DNA of 64,000 nt from an uncultured Nitratifractor sp. (GCA_913054475.1 CAJXJF010000001.1:787-64786), one strand, 5' to 3'. Shown: positions 26,477-35,611, counted from the first letter of the stretch. Notes: a model not told the origin generated them from the sequence alone. Numbers and translations: made by a program.

Positions 26477-27424
26477 ATGCTCGATTGTGCTATTGTCGGA
26501 GGAGGACCTGCGGGTTTGACAGCTGGTCTCTATGCGACGAGAGGTGGATTGAAAAATGTCGTGATGTACGAAATGGGGATGCCTGGAGGGCAGATTACCC
26601 AAAGTAGCGAGATAGAGAACTATCCCGGACTCTTTAGAGAGGATCCACCGCTGACGGGGATGGATCTGATGGAGTCGTGGCCGAAGCAGTGTCAGCACTT
26701 CGGTCTCGTACATGAGATGAAAGAGGTCAGGAGAGTTTCGAAGTCGGATGACGCCTTTATCATAGATCTCGGAAGTGAAAAGGTAGAGGCTCTTAGCGTC
26801 GTAGTCTGTACAGGCAGTACTCCAAGAAGGGCTGGTTTCGAAGGTGAAGAGGAGTTTTTCGGCAAGGGTGTGAGTAGCTGTGCGACCTGTGACGGTTTCT
26901 TCTACAGGGATCGGGAAGTGGCTGTATTGGGCGGAGGAGATACCGCTTTGGAAGAGGCACTCTATCTGGCGAATATATCTTCGAAAGTCTATCTGATACA
27001 TAGAAGAGATGAGTTCAGAGCGGCACCACCGACTGTAGAGAGGGTGAAAAAGAATGAAAAAATCGAAGTCATATACAATGCCGGTATCCGTAGAGCCTTT
27101 GGTGATGTGATGGGACTCTGCGGTATCGAACTGCAATTCAATGACGGTAGAGAGAATATGACCCTAGAGGTGCCTGGACTCTTCGTCTTCGTCGGAAACG
27201 ATGTAAACAATGCGGTGCTCAGGCAAGAGGATGGAAGCTTTATATGCGATTTGAACGAGCGGGGAGAAGTGCTGGTGGACTTGAATATGCATACCTCCGT
27301 CAAGGGTCTCTTCGCCGCGGGTGATATCCGTATGGACGCGGCCAAGCAGGTCGTCTGTGCCGCTGCCGATGGCGCCATTGCCGGTATGCAGGCCTTACAT
27401 TATGTTCAGGAGAAAATCGGATGA
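26477..27424 (+). CDS. trxB: thioredoxin-disulfide reductase
   Basis: GGGPAGLTAGLYA FAD motif, redox-active CATC (SSCATCDGFFY), and the GGGDTALEEA NADPH motif. Confidence 0.95.
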   Translation: MLDCAIVGGGPAGLTAGLYATRGGLKNVVMYEMGMPGGQITQSSEIENYPGLFREDPPLTGMDLMESWPKQCQHFGLVHEMKEVRRVSKSDDAFIIDLGSEKVEALSVVVCTGSTPRRAGFEGEEEFFGKGVSSCATCDGFFYRDREVAVLGGGDTALEEALYLANISSKVYLIHRRDEFRAAPPTVERVKKNEKIEVIYNAGIRRAFGDVMGLCGIELQFNDGRENMTLEVPGLFVFVGNDVNNAVLRQEDGSFICDLNERGEVLVDLNMHTSVKGLFAAGDIRMDAAKQVVCAAADGAIAGMQALHYVQEKIG

Positions 27425-28188
27425 TAAATATCGGAATAGTCGGCTCGACGGGACGGATGGGAGAGCATCTGATAAAAAATGTTCTGGAGGATGATACTCT
27501 CAGGCTCGCGGCGGTGCATGTTTTTGGCGAGTTGAAAAGCGATCTCCCCAAAGAGACTCTGGTGACCAACAGTATGGATGCTCTGTTGCAAGAGAGTGAT
27601 GTCGTGATAGACTTTTCCGCTCCAGCGGCGACGCAGGAGTTGTGTGAGAGTGCCATTAAGACTCCTAGGGCGCTTGTCATAGCCACTACCGGGCTGAACC
27701 AGCATCAGCGAAATCTCGTGATGGAGGTATCCGAAAAGATGCCCGTATTATATTCGACGAATATGTCGGCGGGTATCGCCATTCTCAAGCAGCTGGTCAG
27801 GAAGGTCTCGGAAACTCTGAGAGATTACGATATCGAGATAGTCGAGATGCACCATAGACACAAGGTGGACGCTCCGAGCGGTACGGCGCTGACTCTGGCC
27901 GAATTCGCCGCCGAGGGTAGGGGGCTGGACCTCGACTCGGTGAGGGTGAGCGGAAGAGACGGTCAGATTGGAGCCCGCTCGAAAGAGGAGATAGCCGTAA
28001 TGGCGCTCAGAGGGGGAGATATAGTCGGACGGCATACGGTCGGCTTTTACAGCGACGGTGAATATCTCGAGTTGAATCACACTGCGACAAGCAGAGAGAC
28101 ATTCTCCAGAGGTGCATTAAGAGCAGCAAAATGGCTCAGCACCAAAGAGCCCGGTTTCTATTCGATAAATGACGCTTTAGATCTTTGA
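27421..28188 (+). CDS. dapB: 4-hydroxy-tetrahydrodipicolinate reductase
   Basis: GIVGSTGRMG dinucleotide motif and the EMHHRHKVDAPSGTA block. The ATG overlaps the trxB stop. Confidence 0.9.
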   Translation: MINIGIVGSTGRMGEHLIKNVLEDDTLRLAAVHVFGELKSDLPKETLVTNSMDALLQESDVVIDFSAPAATQELCESAIKTPRALVIATTGLNQHQRNLVMEVSEKMPVLYSTNMSAGIAILKQLVRKVSETLRDYDIEIVEMHHRHKVDAPSGTALTLAEFAAEGRGLDLDSVRVSGRDGQIGARSKEEIAVMALRGGDIVGRHTVGFYSDGEYLELNHTATSRETFSRGALRAAKWLSTKEPGFYSINDALDL

Positions 28189-28253
28189 ATTTGGATTCGG
28201 GGCCGGTCGGATACTTTACGGCCTCCACTACATCAATCTGAAAGGTTCATATC

Positions 28254-29624
28254 ATGTGTGCGGTTGTCGGAGTATATGGTAGCCAAAACGCTTCCAAAAT
28301 AGCCTACTATGCGCTATTCGCTATGCAACATAGAGGACAGGAATCCACCGGTATCAGTGCCGCTGACGGCAAGAGTATAAAAGTCGTGAAACACAGAGGG
28401 CTGGTAACGGATGTTTTCGATGAAAAGTCTTTCGAAATACTCGAGGGAGAGTGCGCCATAGGACACAATCGCTACTCCACGGCCGGAAAAGATTCGGTTC
28501 TCGATGCCCAACCCGTATTTGCAAGATACAAACTTGGTGAGATTTCGGTGGTGCATAATGGAAATTTGACCAACAAAAATGAGGTTAGAAACTCTCTGAT
28601 AGAGAGAGGGGCGATATTTCAGACAGATATGGATACCGAAAATATCGTTCATCTGATAGCCAAAAGTCGAGAGAATCATCTCATAGATAGAATCAAAGAT
28701 ATGATCCGCAAGATCGAAGGGGCATATTGCCTCATTATCCAGAGCCGTTCGAAGATGTTCGTCATAAGAGACAGGTACGGCATCAGACCTTTGAGTATCG
28801 GAAGACTCGAGGATGGAGGCTACATAGTCGCGAGTGAAACCTGTGCTTTCGATCTTGTGGGCGCGAAGTTCATCAGAGATGTAAAACCCGGTGAGTTGCT
28901 CATTTTCGAAAATGCAAAGGAGCCGTACTCCGAGATGCTTTTCGAGCCCGACTATCGTCCTTGTGCCTTCGAATATATATATTTTGCCAGACCCGACTCT
29001 ATAATTGATGGGAAAAATGTATATGAAACGAGAGTGAAGATGGGCAAAATACTGGCCTTGGAGCAACCGGCGGATGTAGATTTGGTCATACCGGTACCCG
29101 ATAGTGGAGTGGCCGCGGCACTGGGCTTTGCCGAAGGAGTCGAGACGAGATTCGAAATGGGAATCGTGAGAAATCACTATGTGGGAAGGACCTTTATAGA
29201 GCCTACGCAGCAGATACGGGATTTGAAGGTCAAATTGAAGCTCTCGCCGATAAAGTATCTCATAGAGAATAGAAAGATAGCGATAGTGGATGATTCTCTT
29301 GTGAGAGGAACGACATCGAGGAGAATAGTTGGAATGCTCAGAAGTGCGGGTGCCAAAGAGGTTCATATGCGTATAGCCGCACCGGAGATAAAGTATCCGT
29401 GTAGATACGGAATCGACACTCCTACGAAGGATGAACTCATCTCGAATAGCAAAAATCCGCAAGAGATAGCCGACTATATCGGCGCCGACTCCGTAGGTTT
29501 TCTCTCTCTTGATGGGCTCAACGAGGCGCTTGGAAGAGAGAGAAGGTACTCTCTGGTAAGTTTCGACGGCAACTACTTCGCGGGAGGATGTGCCGACTCT
29601 CCCGAGTGTAGGAGCGTCGATTGA
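28254..29624 (+). CDS. purF: amidophosphoribosyltransferase
   Basis: MCAVVG N-terminal nucleophile Cys and the PRPP-binding block IAIVDDSLVRGTT. Confidence 0.95.
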   Translation: MCAVVGVYGSQNASKIAYYALFAMQHRGQESTGISAADGKSIKVVKHRGLVTDVFDEKSFEILEGECAIGHNRYSTAGKDSVLDAQPVFARYKLGEISVVHNGNLTNKNEVRNSLIERGAIFQTDMDTENIVHLIAKSRENHLIDRIKDMIRKIEGAYCLIIQSRSKMFVIRDRYGIRPLSIGRLEDGGYIVASETCAFDLVGAKFIRDVKPGELLIFENAKEPYSEMLFEPDYRPCAFEYIYFARPDSIIDGKNVYETRVKMGKILALEQPADVDLVIPVPDSGVAAALGFAEGVETRFEMGIVRNHYVGRTFIEPTQQIRDLKVKLKLSPIKYLIENRKIAIVDDSLVRGTTSRRIVGMLRSAGAKEVHMRIAAPEIKYPCRYGIDTPTKDELISNSKNPQEIADYIGADSVGFLSLDGLNEALGRERRYSLVSFDGNYFAGGCADSPECRSVD

Positions 29625-30586
29625 AAAGAGGGAGGGAGATTTTAACCTTCGGTAGATATCTGAGAAGAAGATTCGGCACGAGGGTAGCCAAGGTGCCTCT
29701 GGGGCTGAGTGGTTTTACCTGTCCCAATATAGATGGAACCGTAGCAAGAGGAGGGTGCACTTTCTGTCTAAACGAATCCTTCAGTCCCAATCTCGGGAGC
29801 AATAGTGAAAAATTCTATCTAAAACTATCGGAGGAAGAAAATCCTATTCTGCACAGACAGCTCGAGGAACTCGACAGACAGATCGAGGAGACCTCCAGAC
29901 ATTTTGCAGCAGATTACGGGATAGAGAGCTATCTTGCCTATTTTCAGTCCTTTACGAATACCTACGCTCCACTGAGCACCCTCGAGAGACTATACGAAAG
30001 GGCACTCGAACACAAGGGCGTGCTCGGTCTGAGTATCGGCACGAGAAGCGACTGCATAAGCGATGAGACTATCGAATATCTTGTGCAACTCTCCAAAGAG
30101 TATGAGATTTGGGTGGAGTTTGGAATACAGTCGGTATTCGACGAGACTCTCGAAAAGATAAACAGAGGGCATGATGCCGCAAGTGTCGAAGATGCCATCT
30201 ATAGAGCCAAAAGAGCCGGTCTCAATGTTTGCGGGCATCTTATTTTCGGGCTGCCGGGGGAGAGTGAAGAGATGATGCTCGAGACGGCATCGAAGGCTTA
30301 TGAGTGGGGAATAGACTCCGTGAAGTATCATCCGCTCTATGTCGTGAAGAATACACTGCTTGCCAACGATTTGAGAAGAGGTCGTTTCGAGGCGATAGAG
30401 CTCGAAGAGTATCTGTCGGTATTGACGAAAGCGCTAAAGATGAAGCCCGAACATATAAGTGTACAAAGGGTCTGTGCGGGGATCGACAACGATACTCTTC
30501 TGGCTCCCAAGTGGTGTGCTCTGAAGAAGAGTGAAATTATGGCTATTATAAGAAAAAGACTCCAACAAGAAGATTTAATATACTGA
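29621..30586 (+). CDS. TIGR01212-type radical SAM protein
   Basis: FTCPNIDGTVARGGCTFC cluster motif close to the N-terminus. 321 aa. The TTG start overlaps the purF stop. Confidence 0.8.
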   Translation: MKRGREILTFGRYLRRRFGTRVAKVPLGLSGFTCPNIDGTVARGGCTFCLNESFSPNLGSNSEKFYLKLSEEENPILHRQLEELDRQIEETSRHFAADYGIESYLAYFQSFTNTYAPLSTLERLYERALEHKGVLGLSIGTRSDCISDETIEYLVQLSKEYEIWVEFGIQSVFDETLEKINRGHDAASVEDAIYRAKRAGLNVCGHLIFGLPGESEEMMLETASKAYEWGIDSVKYHPLYVVKNTLLANDLRRGRFEAIELEEYLSVLTKALKMKPEHISVQRVCAGIDNDTLLAPKWCALKKSEIMAIIRKRLQQEDLIY

Positions 30587-30669
30587 AAAATCGCTCTTTT
30601 GAGATGGTGAACGAGTGTTCTGTAGCAAATTTCGAAACTCTTGCAGAAAATCGAGACTTTTCTCCGAAT

Positions 30670-30697
30670 TTGACATTATTTAATATATTTTTAATAT
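30670..30697 (+). promoter_or_regulatory. candidate promoter for the ompA-family gene (TTGACA-N16-TAATAT)
   Basis: TTGACA at 30670-30675 and TAATAT at 30692-30697, in an AT-rich intergenic region ~50 nt upstream of the ATG at 30749. Confidence 0.3.
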
Positions 30698-30748
30698 TAA
30701 TTAGCCTAAAATTTCCCTGAGATAGAGAATCGCTAATAAAGGGGTAAA

Positions 30749-31762
30749 ATGATGAGAAGGATTCTCGGCATTGCGTTGGTCGGTTTTTTAGCGACTGGTG
30801 GTACTTCTGCTTATGCGGAAGATGATGAGATAGGTGTGAATATGGGTGTGGCGTCGATGCACGCTGGCCATTTCGACAATTTCTCCACAGGAGTTTCATA
30901 TAAGCACAATGGTGAGATCAAGGGGATCAAACCTCGAGTGGATCTAGAGTATGTAAAGATTTCCGACAAAGATAGTGTCAACGCTCTATACAAAGGTTCT
31001 GTAAATGGAGTCTATGAGTTTCATAATGTGAAAGATAGAGGTGTTGTTCCGTATGTGATGGGCGGTATAGGCTATGAGCATGTAGATGGAGAGATAAAAG
31101 ATGTCTTCGACAGTAACGCCTTCGCACAGGGAGGAGTGGGCGTGAGCTTCGAGCAGGAGAATGTCGGTAAACTCAATCTCGAAAGTAAAGTTTTGCAGAT
31201 TATAGGTGCCGAAGGGCAAGATAACGAATACATTCTAAGTGCAGGGGTCTCCGTACCCGTTGGTGGGGATATCGACGAGTGCCCGAGAAAGATAGATGGG
31301 CCTGATGAAGATAGAGACGGAGTGAGAGATTCTTTGGATCAGTGTCCAGGAACACCGTGCTATTTCAGTGTCGATCGCTATGGTTGTCCTATAAAGGCGA
31401 CGATGAGACTCCATTTCGACTTCAACAAATACTATATTCGTCCCGACTCTCTTCCTATAGTCGAGCGTTTTGCCAACTATCTGCTACACAACAAAGGTAC
31501 GCATGTCAAGATTATAGGATATACCGATAGTATAGGAAGCGAAGAGTACAATCAGGTACTCTCGGAGAGAAGAGCGGAGACTGTAATGCGCAAATTGATA
31601 GATCTTGGTGTGAGTCCTGCAAGGTTGAGTTCGGAAGGTAGAGGAGAGAGTGAGCCTGTAGCCTCTAATAGTACGGAAGAGGGTAGAGCGCTAAATCGTA
31701 GAATCGAAGTAAGACTTAGCTACGATAACAAGAGAGAACAAGTATATAGGTATGGATATTGA
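30749..31762 (+). CDS. OmpA-family outer-membrane protein (beta-barrel + TSP3 linker + OmpA C-domain)
   Basis: Signal peptide. The N-terminal domain has alternating-hydrophobic beta-strands. There is one thrombospondin-type-3 motif (DEDRDGVRDSLDQCP). The OmpA C-domain is present (GYTDSIGSEEYNQVLSERRA...NRRIEVR). Confidence 0.85.
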   Translation: MMRRILGIALVGFLATGGTSAYAEDDEIGVNMGVASMHAGHFDNFSTGVSYKHNGEIKGIKPRVDLEYVKISDKDSVNALYKGSVNGVYEFHNVKDRGVVPYVMGGIGYEHVDGEIKDVFDSNAFAQGGVGVSFEQENVGKLNLESKVLQIIGAEGQDNEYILSAGVSVPVGGDIDECPRKIDGPDEDRDGVRDSLDQCPGTPCYFSVDRYGCPIKATMRLHFDFNKYYIRPDSLPIVERFANYLLHNKGTHVKIIGYTDSIGSEEYNQVLSERRAETVMRKLIDLGVSPARLSSEGRGESEPVASNSTEEGRALNRRIEVRLSYDNKREQVYRYGY

Positions 31763-31776
31763 AAGGAGAGTTGGTG

Positions 31777-33993
31777 ATGGCGAATAAATTGAAACTTTTA
31801 GCCGGGGTGTTGGCCGGCTTGCTTATGGTGAGCGGATGTGGTGATAGGCCTGCAAGCGGAGGTAAAGCGGCAAGCGGTGTTAAAGACAGAGATGGCGATG
31901 GAGTGTTGGATAAGGATGATTCCGCACCAGATGATCCGTGTATTCCGAATATAGCCGCGCCAACCTGTGATCAGGACAAAGATGGAATACCAAATGCAAG
32001 TGACAATGACGATGATGGAGATGGTGTGGCGGATGCAGATGATTCCGCACCAGATGATCCATGTATTCCGAATAAGGCTGCACCAACCTGCGATCAGGAT
32101 AAAGATGGAATACCGAATGCAAGCGACAATGATGATGATGGAGATGGTACACCAGATGCTGACGATCCCGCTCCAAACGATCCGTGTCGTCCCAATATGG
32201 ATGCACCTACCTGCGATCAAGATGGAGATGGGTTGGTAAACAAAGACGATCCAGATCCCACCGACCCTGACCATGATGGAGATGGATATCTCGACGGTGA
32301 AGATCCCGATCCCAACGATCCGTGTGTTCCGAATGTAAATGCACCCACCTGCGATAAAGATGGTGACGGAATACCCAACGGAGACGATCCCAATCCTGGT
32401 CATCCCGACGAAGATAGTGACGGTGACGGTGTTGTAGATGCGAGTGATCCCGATCCCAACGATCCGTGTGTTCCTGATGTAAATGCATCGACTTGCGACC
32501 AAGATGGAGATGGACTGGTAAATAAAGATGATCCCAATCCGACCGATCCCGATAGCGACGGTGACGGTTACAAAGATGGAAGTGATCCCGATCCCAACGA
32601 TCCGTGTGTTCCGAATGTAAATGCACCTACCTGCGATCAGGATGGAGACGGATTGATTAACAAAGACGACCCCGATCCTACCAACTCGGATAGCGACGGT
32701 GACGGCTACAAAGATTCCGACGATACCGATCCCAACGATCCGTGCAAGCCGGACAAAAATGCACCTACCTGCGATCAGGATGGAGACGGATTGATTAACA
32801 AGGACGATCCCGATCCTACCAATCCCGATAGTGATGGTGACGGTTTGAGCGATGGTGAAGAGCTTGAGCTTGGAACCGACCCCAAAAAAGCCGATACCGA
32901 CGGAGACGGGCTCAATGATTACGATGAAACGAAGAAGTATCATACCGATCCACTCAAAGCCGATACCGACGATGACGGCTTGAAAGATGGTGAAGAGGTC
33001 AATAAGTATCACACCGATCCTCTCGATGCCGATACCGACGATGACGGACTTAGTGACGGTGAAGAGATAAGCTTGGGTACCGATCCATTAAAAGCCGATA
33101 CTGATGGTGACGGGGTAAAAGATGGTGATGATACGGCGGATGGAAAGTCGGCGGCTACGAATCCATGTCTTCCCAAGCAAGATCCGGGATATACGGATTA
33201 TGACAACAAAAACGAAATATGGATTGCAGACGATTGTGATGGCGACGGCTATAGCAATGGAGCCGAAGATAATGTTTCTCTTGGTGACGAGCACTATATG
33301 AGTGATCCGTATGACAAGTTGAGTGCATGCTTCTTTTTCGATAACTTGAAGTATTGCGAGGTTCATTCCAAGGATGACCGCATATGGCTGGATAGAAATC
33401 TTGGTGCGACCGAGGTATGTAATTCCGCCAGTGACAGCGAGTGTTATGGATATCTCTATCAGTGGGGTAGGAGTAGTGATGGACATCAGAAGAGAGATAG
33501 TGGCAACCAAGATAGAAACCCCAATGTCTGGCCATATATGTCTGTCAATTTCGAGACAGCATATAAAGATGATCACGATTGGTTGAGTGAGGCTGCGGAC
33601 AATGAGAAATCTGCCCATGTCAAAGAGAGACAAGACTACTGGATGAGTAAGTCCAATGTCGAGCTCGAGCCGATATGCCCCGATGGGTGGTATGTGCCAA
33701 GCAAAGATGAGATAGATGCCATGGTGGCGGCCGAAGGGATAAGTAATGCCACAAATGCATACGCATCTGCACTCAAACTTCCAAGAAATGGGCGAAAGAC
33801 TGAAGGGGGTGGTCAGCCAAGCCTTGAAGGTGATACTGGTTTCCTTTGGAGTACGGATATTTTAGCCGCCAATATAGATGGTAAGAGTGTAAGCGTCTCT
33901 TCCGCATTTATTTACGACGATAGCGGAACGAGTTGGTCTTCGGCGTATAGGGCCAACGGTTATGCGGTACGCTGTATAAAAACTAAGAAATAG
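31777..33993 (+). CDS. lipoprotein with Cys-pair/TSP3 calcium-binding repeats and C-terminal Fibrobacter-type (FISUMP) domain
   Basis: Lipobox LLMVSGC. Seven D-D-P-C-x-P-x4-P-T-C-D-Q-D-G-D-G modules are followed by DTDGDG-type repeats. The C-terminal blocks WLDRNLGA, YGYLYQWGR, CPDGWYVPSKDE and GYAVRCIK are typical of the Fibrobacter succinogenes major paralogous domain. ATG 31777 has AGGAG 8 nt upstream. Confidence 0.8.
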   Translation: MANKLKLLAGVLAGLLMVSGCGDRPASGGKAASGVKDRDGDGVLDKDDSAPDDPCIPNIAAPTCDQDKDGIPNASDNDDDGDGVADADDSAPDDPCIPNKAAPTCDQDKDGIPNASDNDDDGDGTPDADDPAPNDPCRPNMDAPTCDQDGDGLVNKDDPDPTDPDHDGDGYLDGEDPDPNDPCVPNVNAPTCDKDGDGIPNGDDPNPGHPDEDSDGDGVVDASDPDPNDPCVPDVNASTCDQDGDGLVNKDDPNPTDPDSDGDGYKDGSDPDPNDPCVPNVNAPTCDQDGDGLINKDDPDPTNSDSDGDGYKDSDDTDPNDPCKPDKNAPTCDQDGDGLINKDDPDPTNPDSDGDGLSDGEELELGTDPKKADTDGDGLNDYDETKKYHTDPLKADTDDDGLKDGEEVNKYHTDPLDADTDDDGLSDGEEISLGTDPLKADTDGDGVKDGDDTADGKSAATNPCLPKQDPGYTDYDNKNEIWIADDCDGDGYSNGAEDNVSLGDEHYMSDPYDKLSACFFFDNLKYCEVHSKDDRIWLDRNLGATEVCNSASDSECYGYLYQWGRSSDGHQKRDSGNQDRNPNVWPYMSVNFETAYKDDHDWLSEAADNEKSAHVKERQDYWMSKSNVELEPICPDGWYVPSKDEIDAMVAAEGISNATNAYASALKLPRNGRKTEGGGQPSLEGDTGFLWSTDILAANIDGKSVSVSSAFIYDDSGTSWSSAYRANGYAVRCIKTKK
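31885..33170 (+). repeat. in-frame tandem coding repeats (periods 123-138 bp) encoding Asp-rich Ca-binding modules
   Basis: GATTCCGCACCAGATGATCC recurs at 31918 and 32041 (123 bp apart). A ~66-bp block starting ATGCACCTACCTGCGATCAGGATGGAGACGG recurs at 32621 and 32759 (138 bp apart) with two mismatches. Confidence 0.85.
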
Positions 33994-34001
33994 TTATATT
34001 T

Positions 34002-34029
34002 GCAAGGGTGTAGTTCGATACGCCCTTGC
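34002..34029. terminator. hairpin between convergent genes (possible bidirectional terminator)
   Basis: GCAAGGG (34002-34008) pairs with CCCTTGC (34023-34029) around a 14-nt loop. There is no clear U-tract. Confidence 0.3.
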
Positions 34030-34087
34030 CCTGCGTCAGATCTTGGGTGTTTGAAACTTAGTTTCGTACCTATCGATACTCTTCGAG

Positions 34088-34843
34088 TCAATTTATTATG
34101 ATCTTGGTATTTTTCATACCGTGTCTTCTTATGATGCCGTAGAGGGTTTTTGCATTTTTCGGATGTAGTCTGACACATCCGTGGGACGCCGGCCTCCCGA
34201 GTCGTCTTGTGGAATATGTACCGTGAATGGCGTAGCCTCCTTTGAAAAATATCGACCACGGCATGGGAGAGTGGTGGTACTTTTTGGAGTAGTGCATTCT
34301 CTCCAATGTGTATGGTCTATACCTTCCTTTCGGAGTGATGTAGCCTCTTCTGGCAGTCGAGACCCTCCATCTGTACAGTTCTACATCATCGACAACTACA
34401 TCCATAGTCTGTGTATGCTTGTTTATCCTTATTTCGACTCTATGTTCTACGGGATTTCTAAGACTTTTGAGAGAAAGATAGGTTTTTGCATAATTTTCAG
34501 CCGTTGGTAACAGTATCTGTTTCAAAGATATATAACTCTTCGCATCATATCCGAAGTTGTGAAGAGGATTTTCGACCTTTTTAAGCGAAAGATATAAGCG
34601 AGGGTCGTAAGAGTTGGAAGACTCATTGAGCGTAGCGAGAGAAGCGGTATCTACAGAGCCTATCGAGGCAAGATATCTTTTTTTGTTCGTTTCGGCTATC
34701 GTTTCGCTCTTTCGTATAGTGGCGAGCTCTCTTAGAAATCCGCTTTCGGTTTCTTCTATGGCTTTCATGGAGTACTCTCCTGCATACGAAATCGAGGTTC
34801 CGATACCCCATGCGAGCCAACACACTGTTGCGATTTTTCTCAT
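34088..34843 (-). CDS. L,D-transpeptidase (YkuD family)
   Basis: Signal peptide and the catalytic block HGTYSTRRLGRPASHGCVRL. Confidence 0.85.
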   Translation of the reverse strand: MRKIATVCWLAWGIGTSISYAGEYSMKAIEETESGFLRELATIRKSETIAETNKKRYLASIGSVDTASLATLNESSNSYDPRLYLSLKKVENPLHNFGYDAKSYISLKQILLPTAENYAKTYLSLKSLRNPVEHRVEIRINKHTQTMDVVVDDVELYRWRVSTARRGYITPKGRYRPYTLERMHYSKKYHHSPMPWSIFFKGGYAIHGTYSTRRLGRPASHGCVRLHPKNAKTLYGIIRRHGMKNTKIIIN

Positions 34844-34895
34844 ATACCCCTCCTTTCAATAGAAGGGATAATTTTAACACACTATCGCGAGCCAA

Positions 34896-35483
34896 TCAAT
34901 TCGACGAGTTGTTTTCTTTCGTACTATTGGATACTTTTTTGATCTCTATTTTTCTGGATCCACTCTTTTTTGGAAGTGTGACGGTGATGATATCGCCACT
35001 CTCCTTTGCCTCTATCTTCAGCGCATCCGCATCCGGCGGAAGAGTGAAACTCTGCATCGATGTGCTGTTGTTGTAAGTGATGATTTTTCCGTAGTTTCCT
35101 TTTGTACTCTCCTCTTTTCTGTTTTGTGTTATTTTGATATTGAGCATACTGTTTTCGGTGCTTATATCTATTTTCGAATTCTTGATATCGCTCACTTTTA
35201 GCTTCAATTCGTAATGATCCCCCCTGTCCTGAAAACCGCTGCTCAAAATCTCGGAAGAGTTTAGAGTTACCGGCATAGCGCCCATCGTCGGCGTATTGAA
35301 GGCCTTTTCGAAATTGGCGAACACTCTTTGCATCTGCTCTCTCATCATCTGTATCTGCTTCATCTGCATTTCGAAGATTTTATCCATACCGGTGAAGGGG
35401 TCGTCGTTGACTGCAATGTTTGCCCCGAAAGAGAGAGAAGTTCCAACTATCATCGCGGCGACAGTTTTGCTAATATTTTTCAT
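34896..35483 (-). CDS. Hsp20/alpha-crystallin-domain protein with N-terminal signal peptide
   Basis: MKNISKTVAAMIVGTSLSFGAN looks like a Sec signal. The alpha-crystallin-like core runs from DRGDHYELKLKVSDIKNSKIDIS to FTLPPDADALKIEAKESGDIITVTLPKK. Confidence 0.7.
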   Translation of the reverse strand: MKNISKTVAAMIVGTSLSFGANIAVNDDPFTGMDKIFEMQMKQIQMMREQMQRVFANFEKAFNTPTMGAMPVTLNSSEILSSGFQDRGDHYELKLKVSDIKNSKIDISTENSMLNIKITQNRKEESTKGNYGKIITYNNSTSMQSFTLPPDADALKIEAKESGDIITVTLPKKSGSRKIEIKKVSNSTKENNSSN

Positions 35484-35511
35484 TTGAGACTCCTTATAAT
35501 ATATTTTGCAA

Positions 35512-35532
35512 CTTGAAGTCTATAGACTCAAG
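35512..35532. promoter_or_regulatory. HAIR-like inverted repeat (HspR operator type) upstream of the Hsp20 gene
   Basis: Read on the minus strand it is CTTGAGT-CTATAGA-CTTCAAG, against the consensus CTTGAGT-N7-ACTCAAG. One half-site is perfect, the other matches 5/7, and the spacing is exact. It lies 29-49 nt upstream of the Hsp20 start codon. Confidence 0.45.
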
Positions 35533-35611
35533 TTTAACCATATTAAAATAGGCGGGAGATACAGCGAAGGGGTGATACAATCCGCTATCTGTTGATATTG
35601 GGAGATGGGCA

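Noticed and set aside
31798-33012. A 404-aa antisense ORF and other overlapping ORFs within a highly periodic DNA region, and the possibility that the periodicity is a CRISPR or satellite array.
   Set aside because: The repeats are in-frame coding repeats of the Asp-rich lipoprotein (periods of 123-138 bp). They have no unique spacers of fixed length and no leader or cas genes. The antisense ORFs are by-products of GAT/GAC-rich repeats.
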